Below, piece after piece: positions 38,229 to 47,664 of a DNA stretch of 64,000 nucleotides. Positions within the stretch are counted from its first letter, which is position 1. Each line of letters begins with the position of its first letter. Both the position numbers and the translations under genes were made by a program. The notes below the pieces were generated by a model. It was given only the letters and a program-made list of their open reading frames with translations. It was not told where the DNA came from and ran no database searches. Source of the DNA: Flavobacteriales bacterium (GTDB taxonomy: Bacteria > Bacteroidota > Bacteroidia > NS11-12g > UBA955); contig CANHRE010000005.1 in assembly GCA_947463095.1 (NCBI GenBank), forward strand, positions 1,120 through 65,119. The letters are read 5' to 3'.

Positions 38229-39101
38229 ATGGAACGGCTGCTGGTGTACTGGAATCCTAAGGCAGGCGGCGGTAAATCCGTCCGTGTGCACCGTCTGGTA
38301 TGCAGCATCCTCGAAGCGGAACATCTTACGTATACCTCAACAGAACGGGCTGCAGATGCAGCCCGTTTTGCTGAGGAAGGTCCCTGCACCATCATCGCCA
38401 TTGGCGGCGACGGAACCTTTAACTTCCTGATCAATCACCTGCCACTGCGCGAGGATGTAATCCTGCTGCCCATTTCCGCCGGTTCCGGCAACGACCTGGC
38501 GCGCATGCTGCATGAGTCCATGAACCCGCGCAGTCAGCTGCTGGCAGCCCTGCGCAAACCTCAATTACGCAGCCTGGATGTATGGTCTGTAAACAAGCGA
38601 TTGTTTCTGGAAGCATGCGGTATGGGTTTCGACGGCATGGTGGCCTCTAAAGCCGCTGCGCTGGCCCGTTGGTTCCCTTCCCCTTTGCGTTACAGCCTCA
38701 CCGTTGCCCGGCGCATCTTCACCGCTAAATCCTTTCCTGCACGTGTGGTGGCCGATGGAACAGAAGTATGGAATGGTCCCTTGTTTATGGCGTCAATAGG
38801 CAATGGAATTTTTGCGGGCGGCGGCTATAAACTGTGGCCACAGGCCCAGGTTGACGACGGGAAGATGGATGTACTCCTGGTCGGAAAAATCAACCTCGTC
38901 CAGCGCCTGTTGTACGTAATGCTGGTGCGCAGCGGCGCCCATGTAAGGCTGCGCGTTACCCGGTACTTCACCGCAAAGAACTTTGAACTGCACAGCAGCC
39001 AGCCTTTGCAGGTCCATACCGACGGAGAACCGATGGAAGGACAGCAGTTCAGGCTGCAACACCAAGGACGTATTGGATGCATAGTTACGCGGACATTTTA
39101 A
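38229..39101 (+). CDS. Diacylglycerol/lipid kinase family (YegS/DgkB-like)
   Basis: NPKAG, GGDGT, GSGNDLAR, GFDG, TDGE. Confidence 0.9.
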   Translation: MERLLVYWNPKAGGGKSVRVHRLVCSILEAEHLTYTSTERAADAARFAEEGPCTIIAIGGDGTFNFLINHLPLREDVILLPISAGSGNDLARMLHESMNPRSQLLAALRKPQLRSLDVWSVNKRLFLEACGMGFDGMVASKAAALARWFPSPLRYSLTVARRIFTAKSFPARVVADGTEVWNGPLFMASIGNGIFAGGGYKLWPQAQVDDGKMDVLLVGKINLVQRLLYVMLVRSGAHVRLRVTRYFTAKNFELHSSQPLQVHTDGEPMEGQQFRLQHQGRIGCIVTRTF

Positions 39102-39280
39102 CACCTCGAAAGAATCCGAAGTCCTTTTGAAGCTGTTGAAGTGCTGCAAAGGTCAGTGAGCAGGTTTGAATCCTCTGGGGCTGATTATTTGCCTAGGAAC
39201 CTTGGCACTGCGACAACTTTCTTGCGGTATGAGGGAGTGAACTGTTCCATTCAATGATCAAATTCTTAATTTGCTGCATC

Positions 39281-39733
39281 ATGCAATACGACTATTTCGA
39301 ACGCATTGATCCTGAGCGTCATGATGCTTTTCTTTCTCTGTACCAAGCGGTGAAGGAGCACCTGCCTGAAGGATTTATGGAACACGAAGGTCCTTACGGC
39401 ATCAACTTCTCTGTGCCGCTGGAAACCTATCCCCAGGGATACCACTGTGACCCTAAACAACCCTTGCCATTTATCACCCTTGCCGCGCAGAAGAGCCATT
39501 TAGCCCTTTATCACATGGGCGTTTATGCCCAAAAAGACCTTCTGGACTGGTTTACCACTGCATATCAGGAGCAGTATAAGCGCAAACCCGATATGGGGAA
39601 GAGTTGCATTCGCATGAAAAAATACAACGATTTGCCCCTGGAACTCATCGGAACATTATGCAGTAAAATGACTCCCGAAGCATGGATTGCCTGCTATGAA
39701 GCCGCATTTAGAAGTGGTGGTGGCAATAAATAA
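39281..39733 (+). CDS. DUF1801-domain protein
   Basis: VPLETYPQGYHC...LPF...QK.H.ALYH...DMGKSCIR. Confidence 0.85.
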   Translation: MQYDYFERIDPERHDAFLSLYQAVKEHLPEGFMEHEGPYGINFSVPLETYPQGYHCDPKQPLPFITLAAQKSHLALYHMGVYAQKDLLDWFTTAYQEQYKRKPDMGKSCIRMKKYNDLPLELIGTLCSKMTPEAWIACYEAAFRSGGGNK

Positions 39734-39860
39734 ACGAACCTGCTCGTCGCCAGACCTGTCCAATTTGTGTGGTTGGGATAATTCTGGTATGCTCGGCGGC
39801 CTGTTCCCGTGGACCGTTGCTATGAACAATGCGCAACCTGCTGAAGGTTGCGAAGTTCAT

Positions 39861-40415
39861 TCAAGGCTGCTGCTCGCCCTCAAGGTTGTCGCACAGCGCA
39901 GCAGGCGGCACCGAAACTGTTGAAGGTGCTGTTGCCGGAGCGCTTTTGCCTTTTTTCGCAGCAGGAGCAGTTTGAGGAGCGGCGGGCGCCGGAACAGCGG
40001 CAGCGGTTGCCTGTGCCGGTTTTCCGGGGGTATAGGTGTTTTTTTCGCGCAGCTCAAGCAGGATTTCAAAAGTGCTTTTGCCCAAACATTCCCGGAGGGC
40101 GGCTTCACGTAGTTCCACAGCCCTCTGCTGTGCCTTCAGACGGGTATTGGCATCCCATGCTGCACAGAGTGCGAAGGAATCCAAAAAGGCGCTGTTCAGG
40201 TTCAACAGGCATTCAATGCGTGAACTTTCCAGTCCAGAGATGTTGTTGTACATCCATTCCACATTCAGTTTGGCGCGGGCTTCCGTACCTAGCTTAACCA
40301 TTGCAGATTCCGGAGTAGCCACCACAGGAGGTGCGGCCATAGGAACCACGTCATCCTGGCAATATGCCCAGGCGGGAGCCAACATCAGTAAGGCGGTGAG
40401 AAGCATTTTATTCAT
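39861..40415 (-). CDS. Hypothetical secreted protein with Ala/Pro-rich tail
   Basis: Signal peptide MNKMLLTALLMLAPAWAYC; helical core; low-complexity C-terminus. Start moved to 40415. Confidence 0.6.
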   Translation of the reverse strand: MNKMLLTALLMLAPAWAYCQDDVVPMAAPPVVATPESAMVKLGTEARAKLNVEWMYNNISGLESSRIECLLNLNSAFLDSFALCAAWDANTRLKAQQRAVELREAALRECLGKSTFEILLELREKNTYTPGKPAQATAAAVPAPAAPQTAPAAKKGKSAPATAPSTVSVPPAALCDNLEGEQQP

Positions 40416-40516
40416 AAAGCAATAATAAGGGAAAGTTCCTAAACGACGGAAGCCTGCAGCCCCAAGGAACGGCGGTAACGTGCGAAGAACCTGCTTCAGA
40501 AACCGGTCAGGAGTGT

Positions 40517-41413
40517 TCAGCTTGCCAGCATGAAGCGAAGCGGGATAGGCAGCCGTGCACGCCAAAACTGCTCGTTGTGGCCGGTGCCAGGGAAGAATCG
40601 GCTTTGCCATTGGCCAGGTAACAGTTGCCGTACTAAAATTTGATTGGCTTTTTGCTGCCAGAGAGGATATAAGCGGTCAAGTTGCTGGTCGCCGCAGTCG
40701 AAGTAAATGCGCGAGCCATATTTCTGCAGGGTTTTAGATCTGCTTTTCAGGTAGGAGAGAAAGGATTCCGGTATTTCCGGATAGGCGTATCTGATGCTTC
40801 CCGGCCAATGAGTTGAAAGGCAGGCCGCTGCACCAAAAACCTGCGGATATTCGCAGAGCGCATACATGGAAATCAATCCGCCAAAGCTGGATCCTGCAAT
40901 CATGGTATGTTTCCTGTCGGCGAGGGTTCTGAAGCGGCGGTCAATATCCGGTTTCAGGATGTTGACAATGAACTGAAGGTATTGGTTTGAAATGGGAGGT
41001 CCGCCAAACTCCGCGCTGATGCTGTCGCGGATGGACCTGGGAAGGGCGTCATAGCAGGCCTGCGGGCCATATTCCCTGCGCCGTTGCGGACTGTTCCAGA
41101 TGCCCACCACAATGCAGGGCGGCAACATGGAGTCGAGGAATACCTCATCAACACCCCATTCTTTTCCGCCATAGGAAAGACGACCGTCAAATAGATTTTG
41201 CCCATCGTGCATATACAATACGGGGAAATGCTGCTGTGGATTTTGTTCATATTGTGGAGGCAGCCATACATCTATAGGTCGCGGAGGTAGATTTACGGTA
41301 TGGCAACTGTCAATCCGGATGAGTTTCCCTCCGGAAGGAATGGGCAACGCCTGACCATACAAACCTGTACTTCCGATGAAAAAAAGGATCATAAAGAGAA
41401 CACATACGCACAT
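40517..41413 (-). CDS. Alpha/beta hydrolase esterase (IroE/Fes-like)
   Basis: VWLPP, PVLYMHDGQNLF, GSSFGG nucleophile elbow, GHNE..W; start uncertain. Confidence 0.9.
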   Translation of the reverse strand: MCVCVLFMILFFIGSTGLYGQALPIPSGGKLIRIDSCHTVNLPPRPIDVWLPPQYEQNPQQHFPVLYMHDGQNLFDGRLSYGGKEWGVDEVFLDSMLPPCIVVGIWNSPQRRREYGPQACYDALPRSIRDSISAEFGGPPISNQYLQFIVNILKPDIDRRFRTLADRKHTMIAGSSFGGLISMYALCEYPQVFGAAACLSTHWPGSIRYAYPEIPESFLSYLKSRSKTLQKYGSRIYFDCGDQQLDRLYPLWQQKANQILVRQLLPGQWQSRFFPGTGHNEQFWRARLPIPLRFMLAS

Positions 41414-41512
41414 GTTTAATCGTAAGATCGTAAAAGAGGGCATGTTGATCATCATAGCGTAATGTGTTGGATATTCATTCGAATTTCGTTACAATTGAAA
41501 TTATTCAACGCA

Positions 41513-43774
41513 ATGAACTACAAACTTCCTACCCTTTTTGCTGCATTTGCAGTTTTAACCAACTTGGTGGCACAGGCGCCGAACGGGTTCAACTATCAGG
41601 CAGCCTTGCGGAACAATTCCGGCACGGCACTGGCCAATCAAAGCGTCAGCCTGCGCTTCACCATACGCGACGGCGGTGTTGCCGGAACCATTCTTTTCCA
41701 GGAAACGCATAATAAAACCACCAATGCGCAAGGAATGGTTTCCTGTATTGTTGGAGCGGGAAGCCTAACCCAAGGGGGCTATCCAACAGGGATACAATGG
41801 GGTACTGGTGTAAAATTTCTTCAGGTGGAGGCTGACCCTGCGGGCGGCTCGGCATATTCAGAAATCAGCAATGCGCAGGTGATGGCTGTTCCCTACAGCA
41901 ACTTTGCGGGAACGGCGGGTGCTTTATCGCCTTCGGCCAGCATCACACCTGCGCAGATTCAATCGGGTGGCGCGAGCAACGGCCAGGTGCTGAAGTGGAA
42001 CGGCAGCGCATGGGTGCCGGGAAGTGCAGGCGGCAGTTCCGGTACGGTGCCGCTCACCCAGCTGGAGCAGGGTTCGGCTACAAACGGCCAGATTATTCGC
42101 TGGAACGGCACCAACTGGGTTCCCTCTAATGACGGTCCCAACAGCCTGGCGCCTTCACAACTAACCCAAGACGGAGCATCCAACGGGCAATATTTGAAAT
42201 GGAACGGTACGAACTGGGTGCCTGCTTCGGTGAGCATCAGCAGTCTGGCACCATCTCAACTTACACAGGAGGGCGCCACCAACGGACAGGTGTTGAAATG
42301 GAATGGCACCAATTGGGTTCCTTCAACCGATAACAATACCGTATTGACCGGAGGCACCGGAATTACCATCAGCAGCGGTGCCATCAACAGTGTATGGACC
42401 AGCAACGGCAACAATATCCACAACAACAATACCGGCAATGTGGGCATTGGAACTACGTCGCCTGCTTCGGTGCTGGATGTTTACCAGTCAACCGGAAATG
42501 CAGAAATACGCGCAAATTCAGGTTCATCAAGCGGTTATGCAGGCGTTAAGCTCGGCGGCTCTGGTGCTGCGGTTGACCTGTTTCGTTACGGCGCATCAGC
42601 AACCGGAACTGTATTGGGCTGGCCGGGTAAAAATCTTGGTATCCTGAACAACAGCAATACAGGTTCACTGATGCTGAATGCCGCTGATTCCCTCGGTTTT
42701 GCCACTGCTGCCACGGAGCACATGCGCATTACCTCCCGAGGCGTAGCGATTGGTGGCACCTATCCTTTGGGTAAACTACATGTAAAGGGCAATGGACGCG
42801 GAATCATTGATATTCCCCAATCTGCATATTTTTTCAGCACCCCCATTTACGGTGTAGGTGATACTACAGCAACAGGTACGGCCATGCCCGGAATTCTTGG
42901 CTATGGACGAGGCTCTTCCTCCTTTAATGCAGGTGTTGCCGGCGTTGCTGGTAATTCAGGCACCTTTAATGTTGGCGGTCTGTTTGAATCCACGGCCCCC
43001 GGTATTGTCGGGAAAAGGAATTACGGTATTTATAACTCGGTTACCAGCGGGTATGTGTTCGGCGTGGGTATGTTCACCGGGTTTACGGCAACTACCAATT
43101 CCACCAACGGAAACTATGGATTGTATACCGCAATCTCCGGAACTGCTGCTGCCACAAGTATGGCTGGTTACTTTGACGCCTCGCCAACGAATTCTGCAAG
43201 CAGCAATTACGGCATCTATGCTTCGGCTGCTAATGGTGGAACCAACTATGCCGGTTATTTCAGCGGGAATGTTACCGTAGTAGGAACCCTCAGTAAATCA
43301 GGTGGTACCTTCCAAATTGATCATCCGCAGGATCCTGAAAATAAATACCTCATCCACAGTTTTGTGGAAAGTCCGGACATGATGAACATTTACAACGGAA
43401 ACATCACTACCGATGCTCAGGGCTATGCTACCGTGCAGATGCCTGATTACTTTCAGTCGCTGAACATGGAGTTCCGCTACCAGCTTACCGTAATGGGCGC
43501 TGATTTTGCACAGGCTATCGTTGCAGAGAAAATCACAGACAACCATTTTAAAATCCGCACAGACAAGCCCAATACCGAAGTAAGCTGGCAGGTTACCGGC
43601 GTGCGTAATGACCCCTGGGCACAGGCCAACAGGTTTATACCAGAGCGCGCCAAGGAACCCAACGCCAAGGGTAAATACCTGCATCCGGAATTGTACGGAC
43701 AGCCGGCAAGCAAGGGAATTCACTACCAGAATAATAGTGGCATTGCTGCTCCGGCAGTGAAAACAGGTCGATGA
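41513..43774 (+). CDS. Secreted fibrillar / phage tail-fibre-like protein
   Basis: Signal peptide, QAPNGFNYQAALRN N-domain, four GQVLKWNG..WVP repeats, GNVGIGT repeat, Gly-rich beta repeats, C-terminal FQIDHP.DPENKYL.HS.VES domain. Confidence 0.75.
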   Translation: MNYKLPTLFAAFAVLTNLVAQAPNGFNYQAALRNNSGTALANQSVSLRFTIRDGGVAGTILFQETHNKTTNAQGMVSCIVGAGSLTQGGYPTGIQWGTGVKFLQVEADPAGGSAYSEISNAQVMAVPYSNFAGTAGALSPSASITPAQIQSGGASNGQVLKWNGSAWVPGSAGGSSGTVPLTQLEQGSATNGQIIRWNGTNWVPSNDGPNSLAPSQLTQDGASNGQYLKWNGTNWVPASVSISSLAPSQLTQEGATNGQVLKWNGTNWVPSTDNNTVLTGGTGITISSGAINSVWTSNGNNIHNNNTGNVGIGTTSPASVLDVYQSTGNAEIRANSGSSSGYAGVKLGGSGAAVDLFRYGASATGTVLGWPGKNLGILNNSNTGSLMLNAADSLGFATAATEHMRITSRGVAIGGTYPLGKLHVKGNGRGIIDIPQSAYFFSTPIYGVGDTTATGTAMPGILGYGRGSSSFNAGVAGVAGNSGTFNVGGLFESTAPGIVGKRNYGIYNSVTSGYVFGVGMFTGFTATTNSTNGNYGLYTAISGTAAATSMAGYFDASPTNSASSNYGIYASAANGGTNYAGYFSGNVTVVGTLSKSGGTFQIDHPQDPENKYLIHSFVESPDMMNIYNGNITTDAQGYATVQMPDYFQSLNMEFRYQLTVMGADFAQAIVAEKITDNHFKIRTDKPNTEVSWQVTGVRNDPWAQANRFIPERAKEPNAKGKYLHPELYGQPASKGIHYQNNSGIAAPAVKTGR
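41941..42332 (+). repeat. Four intragenic ~33-aa repeats (xQLxQxGAxNGQxLKWNGxxWVP)
   Basis: Directly visible in the translation and DNA. Confidence 0.9.
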
Positions 43775-44247
43775 TGAAGCACTTAACCGTCATAGTGGCC
43801 TTGTTATTTCAGGCATCACTGTTACATGCCCAGGTGCTTGAACGGCATATCATTGCACCCGGTGGAGCATCATTCAGCGGGGCATTCGCAGCAGATTGGA
43901 CCATGGGTGAAACTGTGGTACAGTCTGCTGTGTTGAATGGAACACAGATTCAGCAGGGATACCAACAGCCTTTGCCTGCCTCCGGATCCGGAGTAATCCG
44001 TTTTTCCGACAGGGGTGTGCTTATGTATCCGAATCCCGGCAGCAACCTTCTGTTTCTTGAGTGCAAGGGAATTCCTTTTAACTGCAGCGTGGAAGTGTTC
44101 AACATAACGGGGGAAAGGCTGTACCAACGTTCATGGAACACCGGCATGCCCTGTAAACTAGATCTGGGCAGTGTGCCTCCCGGCAGCTACCAGGTTAGGA
44201 TTACAAGCGAAATAACCAGATTTTCCGCTACCTGGATAAAGGTCTGA
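43771..44247 (+). CDS. Small T9SS type A CTD protein
   Basis: Signal peptide, short WTMGE...QQGYQQP domain, then CTD MYPNPG...FNITG...GSY; ATGA-coupled to the fibre gene. Confidence 0.85.
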   Translation: MMKHLTVIVALLFQASLLHAQVLERHIIAPGGASFSGAFAADWTMGETVVQSAVLNGTQIQQGYQQPLPASGSGVIRFSDRGVLMYPNPGSNLLFLECKGIPFNCSVEVFNITGERLYQRSWNTGMPCKLDLGSVPPGSYQVRITSEITRFSATWIKV

Positions 44248-44289
44248 ACAGCGGGCCTTGGAGTAGAATGCCGGCCATGCGCGGGGATT

Positions 44290-44712
44290 TTACAGTTGGC
44301 CGGAGTTGCGCTTCTTCATCAGTGAATCAATCAGCGCAGCCTGGCTGTTCAGCAGGTTGTGCAGTGTTTTGATTTGCTCCACCAGCATCCTTCTTTCCTC
44401 TTCGTTCAGAGCATAGTTGTGCACAATGCCGTTGGGCGCAGAGCTGTTCATGGTGTTGATATTGAATACAATGCTGTCGTCGTATTTCAGGATATCCAAA
44501 GCCGAAATATCCAGTACGCGTGCTATCTTTTCAAGCCGGTCCAGTGATAAAGAAGATTCTCCACGCTCAATCTTCCCATAACCGTTGGTGCTTAATCCCA
44601 ATTCCCGCGCTACGGATTCCTGCTTTTTCCCTTTTAGTTCCCGTATGCGTTTGAGTCTATCTCCAATTTTAACATAAGCGATTTGTTTTAGAAGTTCATC
44701 TTGAGTTTCCAT
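44290..44712 (-). CDS. XRE-family HTH transcriptional regulator
   Basis: IGDRLKRIRELKG.KQESVA.ELGLS..GYGKIERG; C-terminal coiled coil; TATATTTG -7 box at 44718-44725. Confidence 0.92.
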   Translation of the reverse strand: METQDELLKQIAYVKIGDRLKRIRELKGKKQESVARELGLSTNGYGKIERGESSLSLDRLEKIARVLDISALDILKYDDSIVFNINTMNSSAPNGIVHNYALNEEERRMLVEQIKTLHNLLNSQAALIDSLMKKRNSGQL

Positions 44713-44852
44713 AAACACAAATATATTCTTCGTGCTGCAATGAACAATTCAAAAAACAACCCTGGGTGTAGGTGAACTACACTTTTAGGGAGGATTTCCC
44801 TGAAAATCAACGGATTAGAAACGTCGCTGTTCGTTGGACCAAGGGGGCAGCA

Positions 44853-47561
44853 TCAGTAAGCCAGTACCGGGCTGAGCCAGCGTTCGGCTTCTTCCATGGT
44901 CCAGCCTTTGCGGGCGGCATAATCCTGAACCTGATCCTTGCCGATTTTCCCCAAGCCGAAATAGCGTGCTTCGGGATGGGCGAAATACCAGCCACTAACG
45001 GCCGCTGCGGGCATCATGGCCATGCTTTCGGTGAGTTGAATGCCACATACTTCTTCGGCTTTCAGCAGGGAGAACAGGGTCGCTTTTTCCGTATGTTCCG
45101 GGCAGGCCGGGTATCCTGGAGCGGGGCGAATGCCGCGGTAACGTTCCCTAATCAGCTCTTGGTTGTTGAGCTGTTCAGCGGGGGCATAGGCCCAGAACTC
45201 CCTGCGTACGCGCCGGTGCAGGGTTTCCGCGAAACTTTCTGCGAGGCGGTCGGCCAGGGCCTTTACCAGGATGCTGTGGTAATCGTCGTGTTCGGCTTCA
45301 TACACAGCCACCAGCTTGTCCAGTCCTATTCCTGCCGTTACGGCAAAGCCTCCCAGGTAATCGCCCTCGGGAGCCATAAAGTCGGCCAGGCTCAGGTTGG
45401 GAACGCCGTTGCTCATTTTTCGCTGTTGGCGCAGGAAGTGGAAGTCGGCAAGTTTTTGATCGGGATGTTGCGGGTTGAAAACAGCCACATCTTCGCCCTG
45501 GCGTTGCGCAGGCAGGATAAAGAAACAGCCGTTGGCCTGCAGCTTCTTGCCGGCGATAAGTTCATCCAGCACTCGGTTAGCGTCGTCAAACAGCTTGCGT
45601 GCTTCATCACCCACCACCGGGTCTTGCAGTATTTCAGGGTATTTTCCGGCCAGTTCCCAGGTTTGGAAAAAGGGCGTCCAGTCTATGGTTTCGCGCAACT
45701 CTTCCAGGGGGTAGTTGTTCAACACCATTGTACCCGTAAAAGCGGGAACGGCTCGGTTTTGATCGCTGAAGTCTGCATTCAGCTGCATTTTTTTAGCCTC
45801 TTCAAAGCTCAGCAGGTTTTTATCTTCCTGTCGGCGGGCATGTTCTTCGGCGAGTTTGGTATATTCAGCTTTGATGTTGCCGGAGAAAGCCGCTTGCTGT
45901 TCATCGCTGAGCAGGCTGCCAGCCACGGGTACACTGCGGCTGGCGTCGAGCACATGCACTACGGAGCCGCTGTATTTCGGAGCAATTTTCACGGCGGTAT
46001 GCACCCTGCTGGTGGTAGCCCCACCGATGAGCAGTGGTTGTTTCATCCCCCAACGTTCCATCTCAGAAGCCACATAGACCATTTCGTCCAGGCTGGGGGT
46101 AATCAGTCCGCTGAGTCCAATCAGGTCGGCGCCCCAGTCGCGGGCCTCCTGAAGGATGCGCTCGGCAGGCACCATCACGCCGATGTCTTTTATTTCATAG
46201 TTGTTGCAGGCCAGCACCACACCCACGATGTTTTTGCCGATATCGTGCACATCGCCTTTTACCGTTGCCATCAGGATTTTACCTTTCCCTTTGCTGACCG
46301 TGCCGGTTTCGGCCATAGCGGCATCTTTGGCGGCCTGCAGGAAGGGTTCCAGGTAGGCTACCGCTTTTTTCATCACGCGGGCACTTTTCACCACCTGGGG
46401 AAGGAACATTTTACCTTCTCCGAACAGGTCGCCCACCACGTTCATTCCAGCCATCAAAGGACCTTCAATCACCTGCAGGGGAGCGCCATATTGCCGGCGC
46501 GCCTCTTCAGTATCTGTTTCAACAAAGGCGTCAATACCTTTAATCAGCGCATGTTTCAGGCGTTCTTCTACCGGAAGGCTGCGCCATACGAGGTCTTCCG
46601 TTTTCTCTTCTTTCTTCCCCTTGAAGGAATCGGCCATGCCCACCAGGCGTTCGGTGGCATCGGGTTTGCGGTTCAGAAGTACATCTTCAACCGCTTCGAG
46701 CAGGTTTTTAGGAATGGCTTCGTAAACCTCAATCATGCCAGCATTTACAATGCCCATATCAAGACCTGCGCGGATGGCGTGATACAGAAATGCACTGTGC
46801 ATAGCCTCGCGCACGATGTCGTTGCCGCGGAAGCTGAAGGAGATATTGGAAACCCCTCCGGAAACCCGGGCATAGGGAAGGTTTTGCTTGATCCAGGCCG
46901 TAGCGCGGATGAAGTCTACCGCGTAGTTGTTGTGCTCATCTATGCCTGTTGCAACGGTGAGGATGTTGGGGTCGAAGATGATATCCCAGGCTGGAAAATG
47001 CAGCTGTTCGGTGAGTATTTTATAGCTGCGCGTGCAAATTTCCACGCGGCGTTCGAAGCTGTCGGCCTGACCTTGTTCATCGAAGGCCATCACCACCACG
47101 GCAGCACCGTATCGGCGAACCAGGGTAGCACGACGGATAAATTCCGCCTCGCCATCTTTCAGGCTGATGGAATTGACAATGCCCTTGCCTTGCAGGCACT
47201 TCAAGCCGGCTTCCAACACCTCCCATTTGGAGCTGTCCACCATCACCGGAACCCTGCTGATATCCGGCTCGGCGGCCAGCAGGTTCAAAAAGATGGTCAT
47301 GGCCTGAACACCGTCCAGCATGCCCTCGTCCATGTTCACGTCCAGCACCTGGGCGCCGTTGTCCACCTGTTGTCTGGCCACATCCAGTGCAGCATTGTAG
47401 TCGCCGGCCAGAATCAGCTTGGCAAACTTCCTGCTGCCGGTAACATTGGTGCGCTCACCAATATTCACAAAATTGGTTTGCGGCGTCAGCACGAATGGTT
47501 CCAAACCGCTCAAACGCAGATATGGGAGGATAAGGTTGTTTTCTGAAGAAGTAGATTCCAT
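44853..47561 (-). CDS. metH: Methionine synthase (pterin, cobalamin-binding and reactivation modules; no homocysteine domain)
   Basis: [22 protein letters not shown]12 motif, [20 protein letters not shown]; begins at the folate domain. Confidence 0.97.
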   Translation of the reverse strand: MESTSSENNLILPYLRLSGLEPFVLTPQTNFVNIGERTNVTGSRKFAKLILAGDYNAALDVARQQVDNGAQVLDVNMDEGMLDGVQAMTIFLNLLAAEPDISRVPVMVDSSKWEVLEAGLKCLQGKGIVNSISLKDGEAEFIRRATLVRRYGAAVVVMAFDEQGQADSFERRVEICTRSYKILTEQLHFPAWDIIFDPNILTVATGIDEHNNYAVDFIRATAWIKQNLPYARVSGGVSNISFSFRGNDIVREAMHSAFLYHAIRAGLDMGIVNAGMIEVYEAIPKNLLEAVEDVLLNRKPDATERLVGMADSFKGKKEEKTEDLVWRSLPVEERLKHALIKGIDAFVETDTEEARRQYGAPLQVIEGPLMAGMNVVGDLFGEGKMFLPQVVKSARVMKKAVAYLEPFLQAAKDAAMAETGTVSKGKGKILMATVKGDVHDIGKNIVGVVLACNNYEIKDIGVMVPAERILQEARDWGADLIGLSGLITPSLDEMVYVASEMERWGMKQPLLIGGATTSRVHTAVKIAPKYSGSVVHVLDASRSVPVAGSLLSDEQQAAFSGNIKAEYTKLAEEHARRQEDKNLLSFEEAKKMQLNADFSDQNRAVPAFTGTMVLNNYPLEELRETIDWTPFFQTWELAGKYPEILQDPVVGDEARKLFDDANRVLDELIAGKKLQANGCFFILPAQRQGEDVAVFNPQHPDQKLADFHFLRQQRKMSNGVPNLSLADFMAPEGDYLGGFAVTAGIGLDKLVAVYEAEHDDYHSILVKALADRLAESFAETLHRRVRREFWAYAPAEQLNNQELIRERYRGIRPAPGYPACPEHTEKATLFSLLKAEEVCGIQLTESMAMMPAAAVSGWYFAHPEARYFGLGKIGKDQVQDYAARKGWTMEEAERWLSPVLAY

Positions 47562-47664
47562 GCCTAAGCGGCAAAGTTCGGTAATGCGCGGCAATGTTTG
47601 CTATTCCAGTATTACGGCCCGGCTTTCGTACTTTCGCAGTCAACTTTTTGACACTATTTGCATT

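Noticed and set aside
41513-43774. Prophage or DGR target suggested by tail-fibre-like repeats
   Set aside because: A Sec signal peptide is present; no phage structural genes, reverse transcriptase or template repeat in the window.
44772-47546. 924-aa + strand ORF (also 154-867, 4627-5484, 6050-7303, 7724-9028, 18431-19363, 36920-37882)
   Set aside because: Antisense shadows of well-supported genes, expected from codon bias in GC-rich coding DNA; no motifs of their own.
47562-47664. Cobalamin or SAM riboswitch upstream of metH
   Set aside because: A short divergent promoter region with no recognisable aptamer core.
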